A DNA stretch of 64,000 bases. Source: Centroscyllium fabricii. Its lineage: Eukaryota. Below, piece after piece: positions 11,292 through 22,194 of the stretch. Position 1 is the first letter of the stretch, and every line of letters starts with the position of its first letter. Under the pieces are notes generated by a model. The model did not search any database. It saw only the letters and a list, made by a program, of their open reading frames with translations, and was not told the DNA's origin. The translations under genes and the position numbers were made by a program. The DNA lies in NCBI GenBank assembly GCA_051313645.2, contig JBNRSN020000013.1, positions 138,074,001 through 138,138,000 on the forward strand. Reading direction: 5' to 3'.

Positions 11292-14195
11292 GGAGGGCCC
11301 CTACACACACACACACACTTCAGCCTCAGCCATTGTCAACCAGGCTAGGCCGCACACCCTATCAAATTCCATGATGGGGATTAAAGTGGACGGGCACATT
11401 ACTAACTGCCTGTTCGACACCGGAAGCACAGAGAGCTTCATCCACCCCGACACAGTGCGGCGCTACGCACTGCGGACCCTGCCCACGCGCTACCAAATCT
11501 CCCTTGCCTCAAAGTCCCACACAGCGGACGTCACCGACTACTGCTCCGTCACGCTCACGGTCAGGGACTGCGTGTACCGCAACTTTAAGCTGTACATCCT
11601 CCAGCAGTTGTGCGCCCCAGTCTTACTGGGACTGGATTTCCAGTGCCACCTGAAGAGCGTGACAATGGAGTTCGGCGGGACCCTGGCCCCCCTCACCGTC
11701 AGTAGCCGGGACAATCCCTTCCTAAAGTGGAGCCCGACCTGCGGCCTATCCACCCTGAAAGTCGACCCCCCCTCGCTGTTCGCCAACCTCGACCCCAACT
11801 GCAAACCTATTGCTACCAAGAGTCAGTGTTACAGTGCAGGGGACCGGGCATTTATCATGTCGGAAGTCGGGCGTATGCTGCAAGAGGGGATAATTGAGGC
11901 CAGCACTAGCCCCTGGCGGGCCCAGGTCGTAGTGGTTAAGACCGGCGAGAAACTGCGGATGGTCATTGATTACAGCCAGACAATTAACCGCTACACCAGG
12001 CTCGACGCCTACCCGCTTCCCCTCATCTCGGATATGGTTAACCAGATCGCCCAGTATACGGTCTTTTCAACAGTCGACCTTAAGTCGGCATATCACCAAC
12101 TCCCAATCCGGATATCCGACCGCCAGTACACCGCCTTCGAGGCGAACGGTCGGCTCTACCACTTCCTCCGGGTCCCCTTCGGTGTGACCAACGAGGTGTC
12201 CGTATTCCAAAGGGAGATGGACCGTATGGTTGATCAGAACGGGTTGCAGCCCACCTTCCCCTACCTGGACAACTTGACCATCTGCGGCCATGACCAGCAG
12301 GACCACGATGCCAACCTCGCAAAATTTCTCCACACGGCGAAACGGCTAGATCTCACGTACAATAAAGACAAGTGTGTCTTTAGTACAGATCGGCTCGCTA
12401 TCCTCGGATACGTGGTGGAAAACGGGGTCCTCGGCCCCGACCCACAGCGTATGCGTCCCCTACAGGAACTGCCCATACCTCACAACCCCAAAGCCCTGCG
12501 ATGTCTAGGATTTTTTTCCTATTACGCGCAATGGGTTCCCCAATTCGCGGATAAGGCCAGACCGCTCCTCAAGGCTGACGTCTTCCCCCTCTCGGTAGAA
12601 GCCCAAACGGCATTCGCCCGGATTAAGGAAGACATCATCAAGGCGACCATGCACGCCGTTGATGAGTCCATCCCTTTCCAGGTGGAGAGTGACGCTTCGG
12701 ACTTCCCCCATGCCGCCACCCTGAATCAGGCAGGCAGGCCCGTAGCGTTTTTCTCCCGGACCCTACAGGACCCGAAACTCGCCACTCAGCAGTGGAAAAG
12801 GAGGCCCAGGCCATCGTGGAGGCAGTGCGCTACTGGCGTCATTACCTGGCCGGTAAGCATTTTACCCTGCTCACCGACCAACGGTCGGTCGCGTTTATGT
12901 TTAACAATAAACAAAAGGGTAAAATCAAGAATGATAAGATCCTGCAGTGGCGGATCGAACTCTCGACTTACGAGTACGACATTCTTTACCGCCCAGGCAA
13001 ACTCAACGAACCCCCAGACGCACTGTCCAGGGGAACGTGCGCCAGCGCCCAGCTGGACCGGCTGAAGGACCTCCACGATCACCTCTGCCACCCAGGTGTC
13101 ACCAGACTCGCCCATTTCGTAAAATCCCGTAGCCTTCCCTACTCCATCACAGAGATTAAGGCTATGACCAGAGAGTGCCCTGTCTGTGCCGAGTGCAAAC
13201 CCCACTTTTACAGGCCAGACATGGCGCACGTCATCAAGGCCACCCGCCCCTTTGAACGTCTGAGCGTGGACTTCAAAGGTCCCCTCCCCTCCACTGACCG
13301 CAACTCGTACTTCCTCACGGTCGTGGACGAGTTCTCCCGCTTCCCCTTCGCCTTCCCCTGCCCAGATATGACGAGCGCAATGGTGATAAGACACTTCACC
13401 ACGCTGTTCGCCATTTTCGGTCTCCCCAGCTACATCCATAGCGACCGGGGGACGTCGTTCATGAGCGACGAACTGCGTCAATTTCTGCTTCAGAAAGGGG
13501 TTGCCTCAAGCAGAACAACCAGTTACAACCCCCGGGGGAACGGCCAGGTAGACAGGGAGAATGGGATCATCTGGAAGGCGGTCAACCTGGGCCTGAAGTC
13601 CAGAGGCCTTCCAGTTTCCCGTTGGCAGGAAGTCCTCCCAGACGCGCTCCACTCCATCCGCTCTCTGCTGTGTACGGCTACAAATGCTACACCTCACGAC
13701 CTGTTATTTTCCTTCCCCAGGAAGTCGACTGCGGGGACAGCACTCCCACCGTGGCTCACGACGCCGGGGCCGGTCTTACTTAGAAAACATGTCCGCGGCC
13801 ATAAGACCGACCCCCTGGTGGAAAAGGTGCAGCTGCTGCACGCCAACCCGCAGTATGCCTACGTGCAATTCCTGGACGGGCGCGAGGACACAGTTTCGAT
13901 CAGAGACCTGGCGCCCACCGGGAGCACTAGAGCAGAACCCCCGGTCGAGCCTCAGCCCGACCAACCACCATCCTCCGAACACTGGCCTGCATACCAACCA
14001 CCATCCACCGAACACTGGCCTACATACACACACACACCGGGGCCCTCGACGCTATCAGCTGACAACCCGGGGCTGGACACCACGCTGCAGGCACTGTTGC
14101 CGGAGGACCGACCCCGTCACCACAACCGGCACCAGCGCCGCTACCGGAACCCCGGCGGTCGTCAAGGCAGACACGACCACCGGAGAGACTTATAG
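11292..14195 (+). pseudogene. pol: Gypsy pol (protease, RT, RNase H, integrase), frameshifted near 12770
   Basis: LFDTGS protease; YLDN RT; ESDAS/EKEA/TD RNase H; HHCC and DDE integrase (VDFKGP, HSDRG). ORFs 11275-13065 and 12792-14195. Confidence 0.93.
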
Positions 14196-14627
14196 AACAC
14201 TGTTGATACGGACACAAATTTTTTTTTGCACTGTTCTGTTTCATTCACCCCACCAGACTCATTCTCAAAGAAGGGGTGAATGTGGTAATCATATTACCAC
14301 TGTATATAGTTGCATTGTACCATATTACCAATGTATGTAGTTGCTGGGTGTATTGTGTGTAGAACACTGCTTGTAAGGCCAGGTCAGTTACCTTAACTAC
14401 AGGCTTTTATTAACTTAAAGATGGAGCTAGTCTCCAGTTGAACACAAGGCACAGAATGACTGGGGGCAGGGCAGACCTCACCTATAAGCTCCCACCTGAG
14501 TGGAGGAGTTAGAGGTGTGGCTGACCTGGCCTTACAAGCAGTGTTCTACACACAATACACCAAGCAACTATATACATTGGTAATATGGTACAATGCAACT
14601 ATATACAGTGGTAATATGATTACCACA
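11292..14627 (+). mobile_element. Gypsy family A, 5'-truncated copy with rearranged (inverted) 3' LTR
   Basis: pro-RT-RH-IN; PPT AAGAAGGGGTGAA at 14268-14280; partial LTR 14281-14387 then inverted LTR 14388-14627; 22-bp flanking duplication. Confidence 0.92.
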
Positions 14628-15109
14628 GACTCACGGGTTGGTCACCTGCTGGAACCTGATTGGCTTTCCTTCTCTCAGCAGCAGGCAAGTCTGAACATGC
14701 CTTATTCCACTCAGCTTGCAACTGTCTTGCGGGGGGAAGGGGAATACAGCAGTTAAAAGGGGATTATACAGGTTTATCTACGTACACAAAGTGCTTCCCC
14801 AATGTGGCAACGCCACAGTATCATGCCAGCTGGGGAAAGATTTGCTTTATATACAATGCAGGATAAGTTTACTGATCTCATGATCCCAGCGTTCAAAGGG
14901 TCTGCAATTCAGTGATCGGGCGACAGTTCTGAAGCACTGGTGCCCTCACCCAGTGCCCCTTCCAACTCAGTTCCTCACTGGAAGCATGAGATGGGTAAAT
15001 TCACTCTTATGCTCTTTAGAAACTGGCTTAAGATTGTGTTACCCATAGAGCACAGAGCAAATCTTCCCTCTAAATGTTTTTATCATGTTTTAAAAATGTT
15101 CTACAGTAT

Positions 15110-15500
15110 ATAAAAAGACTTTAATTTATAACGTGCCTTTCGCAACCGCAAGACATTCCATAGCACTTTACAGCCAATTAAGTACTTTTGAAATGTAGTC
15201 ATGGTTCAAATGTAATAATGAGCAGATCATCTGTTTTTAGGTGTTGGTTGAGTGAGAGATATTGGCTAGGACACCCCTTCTCTTCAAATTGGCCCCATGG
15301 GATCCATTACATCCACCTGAAAGGACAGACAGAGCTTCGGTTTAACATCTCATTCGAAAGGTGGCACCTCCGACAGAACAGCACTCCCTCAGCACTGCGC
15401 TAGAATGCTGACTAGATTTTTGTGCTCAAGTCCTTTGACTTGAACCCACCACTTTCTGACTCAGAGCCAAGAGTGCTATCCACAGAGCCACAGCTGACAT
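15110..15500 (-). mobile_element. Deu-domain SINE (SacSINE1-like)
   Basis: Reverse complement of the SINE at 59975-60340; tRNA-like head near 15440-15500. Confidence 0.75.
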
Positions 15501-15522
15501 ATGTAACCCAGATAAACAGATA

Positions 15523-16409
15523 GGGGGAGAAATTCGATATCGCCCCGTTTGGGGAGCAATTATCAGCCGGGCGCAAAGTTTAGCACCTGGTTCTAATTAT
15601 CGCCTACGACTGCAAACTTGGCTTCTATCACCCCTGGAGGTGATTTGAGTGCTAAATCAGGCGCTACACACCTCTCTTAAGGCACTAACGCTGAGGAGCG
15701 AGGCGCTACCTCAGAGCGCTGGCGAAGCTCATGTCAGTCAGCAATGGAACACAGATACACTGGCGCCGGCCAATTCTTAAAGGGGAGGATTGTTCGTGCT
15801 CTCCATCCACCCCCTGCTCATTGCAGCTTTGAACCTCGGCCTGGAGAGACAGGTACATCAAATCAGCTGGAAAGAACAATGGAGAGACCCAAGGAAAGAG
15901 CTCCGAGTGCAGCCCCCATAGTCTCTTCTAAATCGATGCAAGAAAGGTCAAATCAAAATGAACCTGCAAAGTGCTGCTCAGTGCCCAGAACTCCTTCACA
16001 CAGCGTTGAATCTCTCCAGAAGTGTCTCGCTCTCTCTCAGAATGCGTGGTACAGAAGTGTCACCGACAAAAAAAGGCAGGTAGCAGTCACCTTTAAATAG
16101 CGCTCCCCCCAGTCCCTTCCCGACTACAAAACGCTCCTCTCAACCTGTCGTTGCTAGCGGCAGGTGGTAAGGCAGAGGTCGCCACTCAATATCCATTCCG
16201 GGGCGCTACAGGGGCACTGCACGCTCGAGCGATGTCACGATCTGCAGGCGCAAGAGATCACGGCAGTAATGTTTCGCGCCGCCGCAAATGTCTGGTCAAT
16301 TGCACGAGCGGCGCAAACGTCGCCGCACCCGGGCGCTAGTTGCTTTGCACCCCATTAGCGCACTCTTAAGATGCTAACGGGAGGCGCAAACTAACCGAAT
16401 TTTTCTCCC
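15523..16409. mobile_element. Non-autonomous Harbinger derivative
   Basis: TIRs gggggagaaattcg / cgaatttttctccc, 3-bp TSD ATA. Internal MERPKERAP resembles the Myb-like ORF start (PRERARRFS) of the Harbinger at 36339. Confidence 0.7.
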
Positions 16410-16823
16410 ATAGACTCTGACATTCTGCGGGGGCCACGGAGGAACTACGATTGCACCAGTCCCCTGTCAACGTTGCAGCAACAGACCAGCAGAACCTCCA
16501 CAGAATTTCAGGGCCATAGCTTCTGGGAAACAGGCTGGCTGTTTCAATCACACCTTCACCCGTCAAACTTTGATTTGATTATCTCCTTGAAGCAGATGAA
16601 CTTTTCAGAACAGCTTCAAAATCCACTTACAATACCAGCACTGAGCGCCAAACTTGTGTCTGTGTTTCATGCACCAGCCTATATATATGGCGTAGGTATC
16701 AGTTTGACATTTTCTGATTGTCTGTCTTTGCCCCTCCTGTCCTCAAAGTGTTGACTCTTGCTAGGCTACAGCTCCAATGCACTGATGGCCCTTTGCTACC
16801 TCAGTGAAATGGCCATTGCCCTC

Positions 16824-16995
16824 ATAGAAACATAGAAGATCGGAGCAGGAGTAGGCCATTCGGCCCTTCGAGCCTGCTCCGCCATTCAATGAGATCATGG
16901 CTGATCATCCAAACCCAGTACCCCGTACCTGCCTTCTCCCCATATCCCTCGATCCCTATCGAGCCTGCACTGACACATATCCCACCCTATCCTCG
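16824..16995 (-). mobile_element. HE1 SINE 3' fragment
   Basis: Matches the tail and body of the full HE1 copies. Confidence 0.85.
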
Positions 16996-17177
16996 TCTTA
17001 GCCTAAACTCTTTGAGGCCATCACAGCCAAGCTTGATTCTGCCCTCACCCAGCATCTACACATACGCATTTGCCGGAGGCATCAGTGAACAACGCTTAAG
17101 CACAGGATTCTAATTTATTTTCTTCTCCAGCCTACAGACACCAAAGTGAATTGCAATTGTCTTAGGGTGCTTTACTG

Positions 17178-17755
17178 CAGCGGTCCCCAACCGCCGGTCC
17201 GCGACCCGGTGCCGGTCCGCGGGACATTTTTACCGGGCCGCGGAAGGGTCTGAACCTCGGCGCATGCGCAGATCACGCGAGCGGTATATCGGAGCCGCGC
17301 ACCCGTTTCCCCATCGGCGCCTGCACAGCAACGGCCTGCAGTGTGGGCTACGCTTTCCTTCAGCTTCGTAGGAGAAGTTCCGTCACTGGATCCGTGCTGA
17401 CCGGGAGGTGGAAGAGAGGATCGCATGGGAGAGGTCAGGAACTTGGGGGGGGGGGGGGCAGAGAGAAAGCACAGACGGAAGACACCCCGCCCCCGGTCAG
17501 TGAAAAAAACTCCGCCAGCACCCCCCCCCCCCAGTCAGTCCAATAAACTCCGCCAGCACCCCGCCCCCACCCCGGTCAGTCCAATAAACTCCGCCAGCAT
17601 CCCCCCCCCCCCGGTCAGACAAAAAAACTCCGCCAGCACTCCCGCCCCCACCCCGGTCAGACAAAAAACTCCGCCAGCACCCCCCCCCCACCGCTCCGCG
17701 AAAAAATTGACAAGGCCAAAATGGGCCGCGGTCCCAAAAAGGTTGGAGACCCCTG
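17178..17755. mobile_element. hAT (Charlie-type) MITE with an internal C-rich tandem repeat
   Basis: TIRs cagcggtccccaacc / ggttggagacccctg; perfect 8-bp TSD CTTTACTG. Confidence 0.9.
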
Positions 17756-18228
17756 CTTTACTGGGTTAAAGGCACTGTTGTTGCTGTTTGATATGGGTCG
17801 AAACTTTGATTCATACAGAGTCTTTGATAAGGACGGTAGATCAGAGTTGGAAGGTCGGAGGTTACAAGCAGAGTTGCAGGGCTGGAGGAGTGTGCAGAGT
17901 GTGCAGTGTGCAGGAAGGAGCAAGACCAGGGAGGGAGTTGTAGACTAGGACGGGATTTTAAAATCAATGTGCAATACCAGGCGGCAAGTCAAAAATCCTC
18001 AATGGAGGTTACGATGACAGGGCTAACTGGTGAACAGGATTCCACACTGAATAGAATTCAAGTAGGAGAGTGCTAGATGGGTTTAAGATTATGTTTCAAT
18101 GGACAGCGAGGAGGGTGTGAATTAAAGCTTATACTCCCCTCCCCTCTTTCTTTTGGTCAACAACAACTTGCATTTATATAGCGCCTTTAACATAGTAAAA
18201 CATCCCAAGGCGCTGCACAGGAGCGTTT

Positions 18229-18519
18229 TGTGACCGAAATAACGACCTCGTGGACGAGTAGTTAGATGGGTGAAACAATACGGCTTTTATTCACTAAATG
18301 GTGGACATGCACCAGGTAGTCGACCATCCCCAGGAATGGCTGGGGGATGGGAGACGGCCGCTTATATACCTCCTCCTGGGAGGGAGGAGTCGCGGGCGGA
18401 GCCAGCCTGGGCATGTCCAGGTAATCGTACAACAGGTTATATACAAACATAGATATAAGCACGATTGCAGAGATACATCATAGGGTGAGTATATACAATG
18501 GAAACAGTGGTTTACCACA
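18229..18519 (-). repeat. Solo LTR (family D), 291 bp
   Basis: TG...CA; 5-bp TSD CGTTT/TGTTT; near-identical to 35148-35437. Confidence 0.9.
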
Positions 18520-18560
18520 TGTTTATCAAATAAAATTTGACCCCGAGCCAATTATTGAGA

Positions 18561-18797
18561 TGTGGTAACCGTGTATTACCATTGTATACAGTTGATGTGC
18601 TCACCTGATATTGTATTGTAGGCCAGGTCAGCCACACCCCTAACTCCTCCCCTCAGGTCGGAGCATATAGGTGAGGGCTGCCCTGCCCCCGCTCACTCTC
18701 GCCTTGAACTCAACAGGAGACCAGCTCCATTGTTAGTTAATAAAAGCCTATAGTTTGGGTAACTACTCGTCTTTTGCGTTTGATTGACGATACGTCA
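18561..18797 (+). repeat. Solo LTR (family A-related), 237 bp
   Basis: TGTGGT...ACGTCA; 5-bp TSD TGAGA. Confidence 0.92.
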
Positions 18798-19906
18798 TGA
18801 GATATTAGGACAGGTGGCCAAAAGCCTGGTCAAGGGGGTAGATTTTAAAGGAGCGTCTTAAAGGAGGAGAGAGAGGCGGAGAGGTTTAGGGAGGCAATTC
18901 AGGAGCTTAGGGTCTAGGCAGCTGAAGGCACGGCCGCCAATGATGCAGCGAAGAGAGTCAGTCCCGAGAGAGGGTCTTGCCTTCCTTCCCTTCCCCAGCC
19001 TGGTGAAGGGACTCTACCTGAAATGCTAACCAGTCTTTTCTCTTTTTGGGGATCCACTGCGTCTTTGCAGAATTTTCTATTTTTGTGTCAGATTTGCAAT
19101 GTCCTTGTTTTGTTTTCTCTTTATCTCCATTGAAGGCTACAAATTTGCTGATTATGAGGAGTTAATAAGAGCACAGGGCTGTTGCAAGAGATTTAGCAGG
19201 AACACTGAGCCAGTGAGGGGGATCAACAGCATACCTTCCAGATGACATCACACCAGCTCTTCCATCCTTGCTTTTTTCTCCCCTTGTGAGTGACCAAAAT
19301 GTTTAAACACAAAGTCCAGATAAATACAACTGAACGCTCATCTTGAATGACAAAAGTATTGTTTTTTTAGTTAGACAAGCAGCAATTTTTCAAACCATTG
19401 TAAGGAGCAGTGTTTTCTATTTCAATGTTGATTAGATTGCCTGGATCATCCATTGGTACTGGACAAGCTGGCAGGATTTCCGTCAAACTGAATGAATGAT
19501 CTCCAACACTTCGAAGAGCCCTTGAAGAAGGTTTACCCTTTCACACAACGAGCTGCCACATTCATTAGCACTTCCAACGCACTTGTCATTCCGACAGCCC
19601 TTTCACGTCATGTCTTCTCAATGTGTTTTAGCGTGGGTGTCAATCGTTTCCCACCACCCCCCCTGAGGCCCTGAGGTTATCTTCAAGCACTGCTGCCCTG
19701 ACAACTTACTGCTGAGAAATTGCAGAGCCTAACGTTTGCTGAAAGACCGCGATGTCATGTAGCTTAGACGTTTTTCAAAGAGCCCACACTCGCACATAAA
19801 GAATGGCCACATTGCAATAACAACAACTTGCGTTTGTGTGGCGCCTTTAACACAGCAAAACATCTTAAGGCGCTTCACAGGAGCGAAAATCAGACATGTG
19901 TTGACA

Positions 19907-20050
19907 CATAGAAACATAGAAGATAGGAGCAGGAGTAGGCCATTCGGCCCCTCGAGCCTGCTCTGCCATTCGATGAGATCATGGCTGATCATCCAAACTC
20001 AGTACCCCGCCCCTGCCTTCTCCCCATATCCCTCGATACCTTTAGCTCTA
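19907..20050 (-). mobile_element. HE1/HER1 3' tail fragment
   Basis: catagaaacatagaagataggagcaggagtaggccattcgg motif. Confidence 0.8.
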
Positions 20051-20379
20051 AGTGATACCTTTAGCTCTAAGAGCCAAAGAAGGAGAAATTAGGAGAGGTG
20101 ACCAAACGCTTGGTCAAAGAGGTAGGTCTTCAGGAGGATAGAGAAGTGGAGAGGCGGCGAGGTACAGGTATAAGTAGGGAGTTTCAAAGCTTATAGGAGA
20201 TTCTCTGGCTACGATTGGATAGTCACGAGTGGAACCAGGTAACGGCAGTCCCACTCAGCTGGACAATGGAGGAGCGGCGGAGGAGGATGAAGGAGAATGG
20301 GGGAGGATGGTGCGGTCGTAGGATGTAGACTGATCGAGAAGGAAGCGGAGGGATAGTTTACCACACACACAGTACGTAG

Positions 20380-20669
20380 TGACGTATCGTCAATCAAGAC
20401 ACGAAAGACGAGTAGTTACCCAAACTACAGGCTTTTATTCACTTATAATGGAGCTAGTCTCCTGTCGAGTTCAAGGCGAGAATGAACGGGGGCAGGGCGG
20501 CCCTCACCTATAAGCTCCCACCTGAGGGGAGGAGTTAGAGGTCTGGCTGACCTGGCCTTGCACATAATGTACAGAGTTGGAGGTGAATACATCCATATAT
20601 ATACACACAATGTACAGAGCTGCCGATGAACACATTCCTATATACATACTGGTAATTACGGTTACCACA
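20380..20669 (-). repeat. Solo LTR (family A-related), 290 bp
   Basis: TG...CA; 5-bp TSD CGTAG. Confidence 0.92.
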
Positions 20670-22194
20670 CGTAGCATGTGATTCATTACTTTGATTAAGG
20701 CCGTCTAAGTGCTTTGGCAGGAGAGGAAACCTGATTGGAGAAGTTCAAACATGGAGTTGAAGGAAAGATGGGCACGGATTTGCTAGTAAGATATCGGAGC
20801 TGGCCATGTACAGCGCTTATAAAACAACATCCCAGTAAGAGTCACCACCTTCAAGAGAGGAAGGGACAAAACTGGAAAAGACTGATGGATTAAAAAAAGG
20901 AGTGCACTTTATTTTTACACTTTATGTAAAGGAATCATTGTGCATGTATATATGTGAGTGGGGGGAAGGGGGTGTGTGGACCTGGGAAACCCCCCTCCCC
21001 CAAAATGGCAGACTGGCACTGGGGTTCTAGGCTGTGTGGATGGGCGGGCACCAGAGATATGCTGGTGGTGGTGCTGGCACCTACTGACCCCATGAATATT
21101 GGAAATTGGGCAAACTAGGATTATATTCCCTAGAGACGATAAAGGGAATTTATAGGGAACAATTCCTTCCTCTAAATGGAAACATCCAAAAGAAGGGTAC
21201 TTCGGGTTAGAAATCAGCATAGAATCATAGAATCATAGAAGATAGGAGCAGGAGTAGACCATTCAGCCCTTCGAGCCTGCTCCGCCATTCAATGAGATCA
21301 TGGCTGATCTTTAGCAAGCTAGTACCCCGTCCCCGCCTTTTCTCCATAACCTTTAATCCCTTTAACTTGAAGAAATATATCCAATTCCCTCTTGAATATG
21401 TTTAATGAACTGACCTCCACCGCCCTCTGTGGCAGGGAATTCCACAGGCCCACCACTCTCTGAGTGAAGAAATTCTTCCTCATGTCTGTCCTAAATGGTT
21501 TACCCCTTATCCTTAGACTGTGGCCCCTGGTTCTGGACTCACCCGCCATTGGAAACATTCTCTCTGAATCTAACCTGTCCAGACCTTTCAGAATTTTATA
21601 CGTCTCAATGAGATCGCCTCTCAATCTTCTAAACTCCAACGAGTACAAGCCCAGACTACACAATCTCTCCTCATAGGTCATTCCTGCCATTCCAGGAATC
21701 AGCCTGGTGAAACGCCGCTGCACTCCTTCCATGGCAAGAACATCCTTCCTCAGGCGAGGCGACCAAAACTGTACACAATACTCGAGGTGTGGTCTCACCA
21801 GTGCCTTGTACAGCTGCAGTAAGGTATCCTTGTTCCGATACTCGAACCCCCTTGATATGAAGTCCAACATACCATTTGCCTTCCTAACCGCCTGCTGCAC
21901 CTGCGTGCTCGCTGTGATAAACCATATATCACTGTATATAACGAATCACCATGTAATACTATGTAATACCTGTACGGGATCCCAGGAGCATACCTGGCGC
22001 CGCCCATGACTCCTCCCCCGCTGGAGGAGGTATATAAGTGACTGCCCCCATCCCCCATGCCATTCCGGGGACAGTCAGCCTCACTGTTGGATACTTGTGT
22101 ATCGTCATCATAGTTAATAAAAGCCTGATTATTCTAACCAACTATTCGACTCCGAAGACGTTATTGACGGTTACAATTTTATTAACTACTGGAA

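Larger units (their letters stand above)
11150..14817 (-). repeat. Solo LTR of an unrelated family (11150-11291 + 14650-14817), split by the Gypsy insertion
   Basis: TGTGG...CCACA termini with a 4-bp GTAT duplication (11146-11149 and 14818-14821). Confidence 0.65.
18160..18950 (-). mobile_element. L2-like LINE 3' end, interrupted by two solo LTRs
   Basis: acaacttgcatttatatagcgcc tail; related copy at 19815-20790; sequence resumes across both TSDs. Confidence 0.6.

Noticed and set aside
12786-13481. Long antisense ORFs over pol genes (also 26137-27781)
   Set aside because: Shadow ORFs of GC-rich coding sequence; not shared between the related elements.
18998-19100. Hammerhead-like relic (ctggtgaaggg...tgaaatgct)
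   Set aside because: The core is mutated (CTGGTGA); at most a dead Penelope pseudo-LTR fragment.
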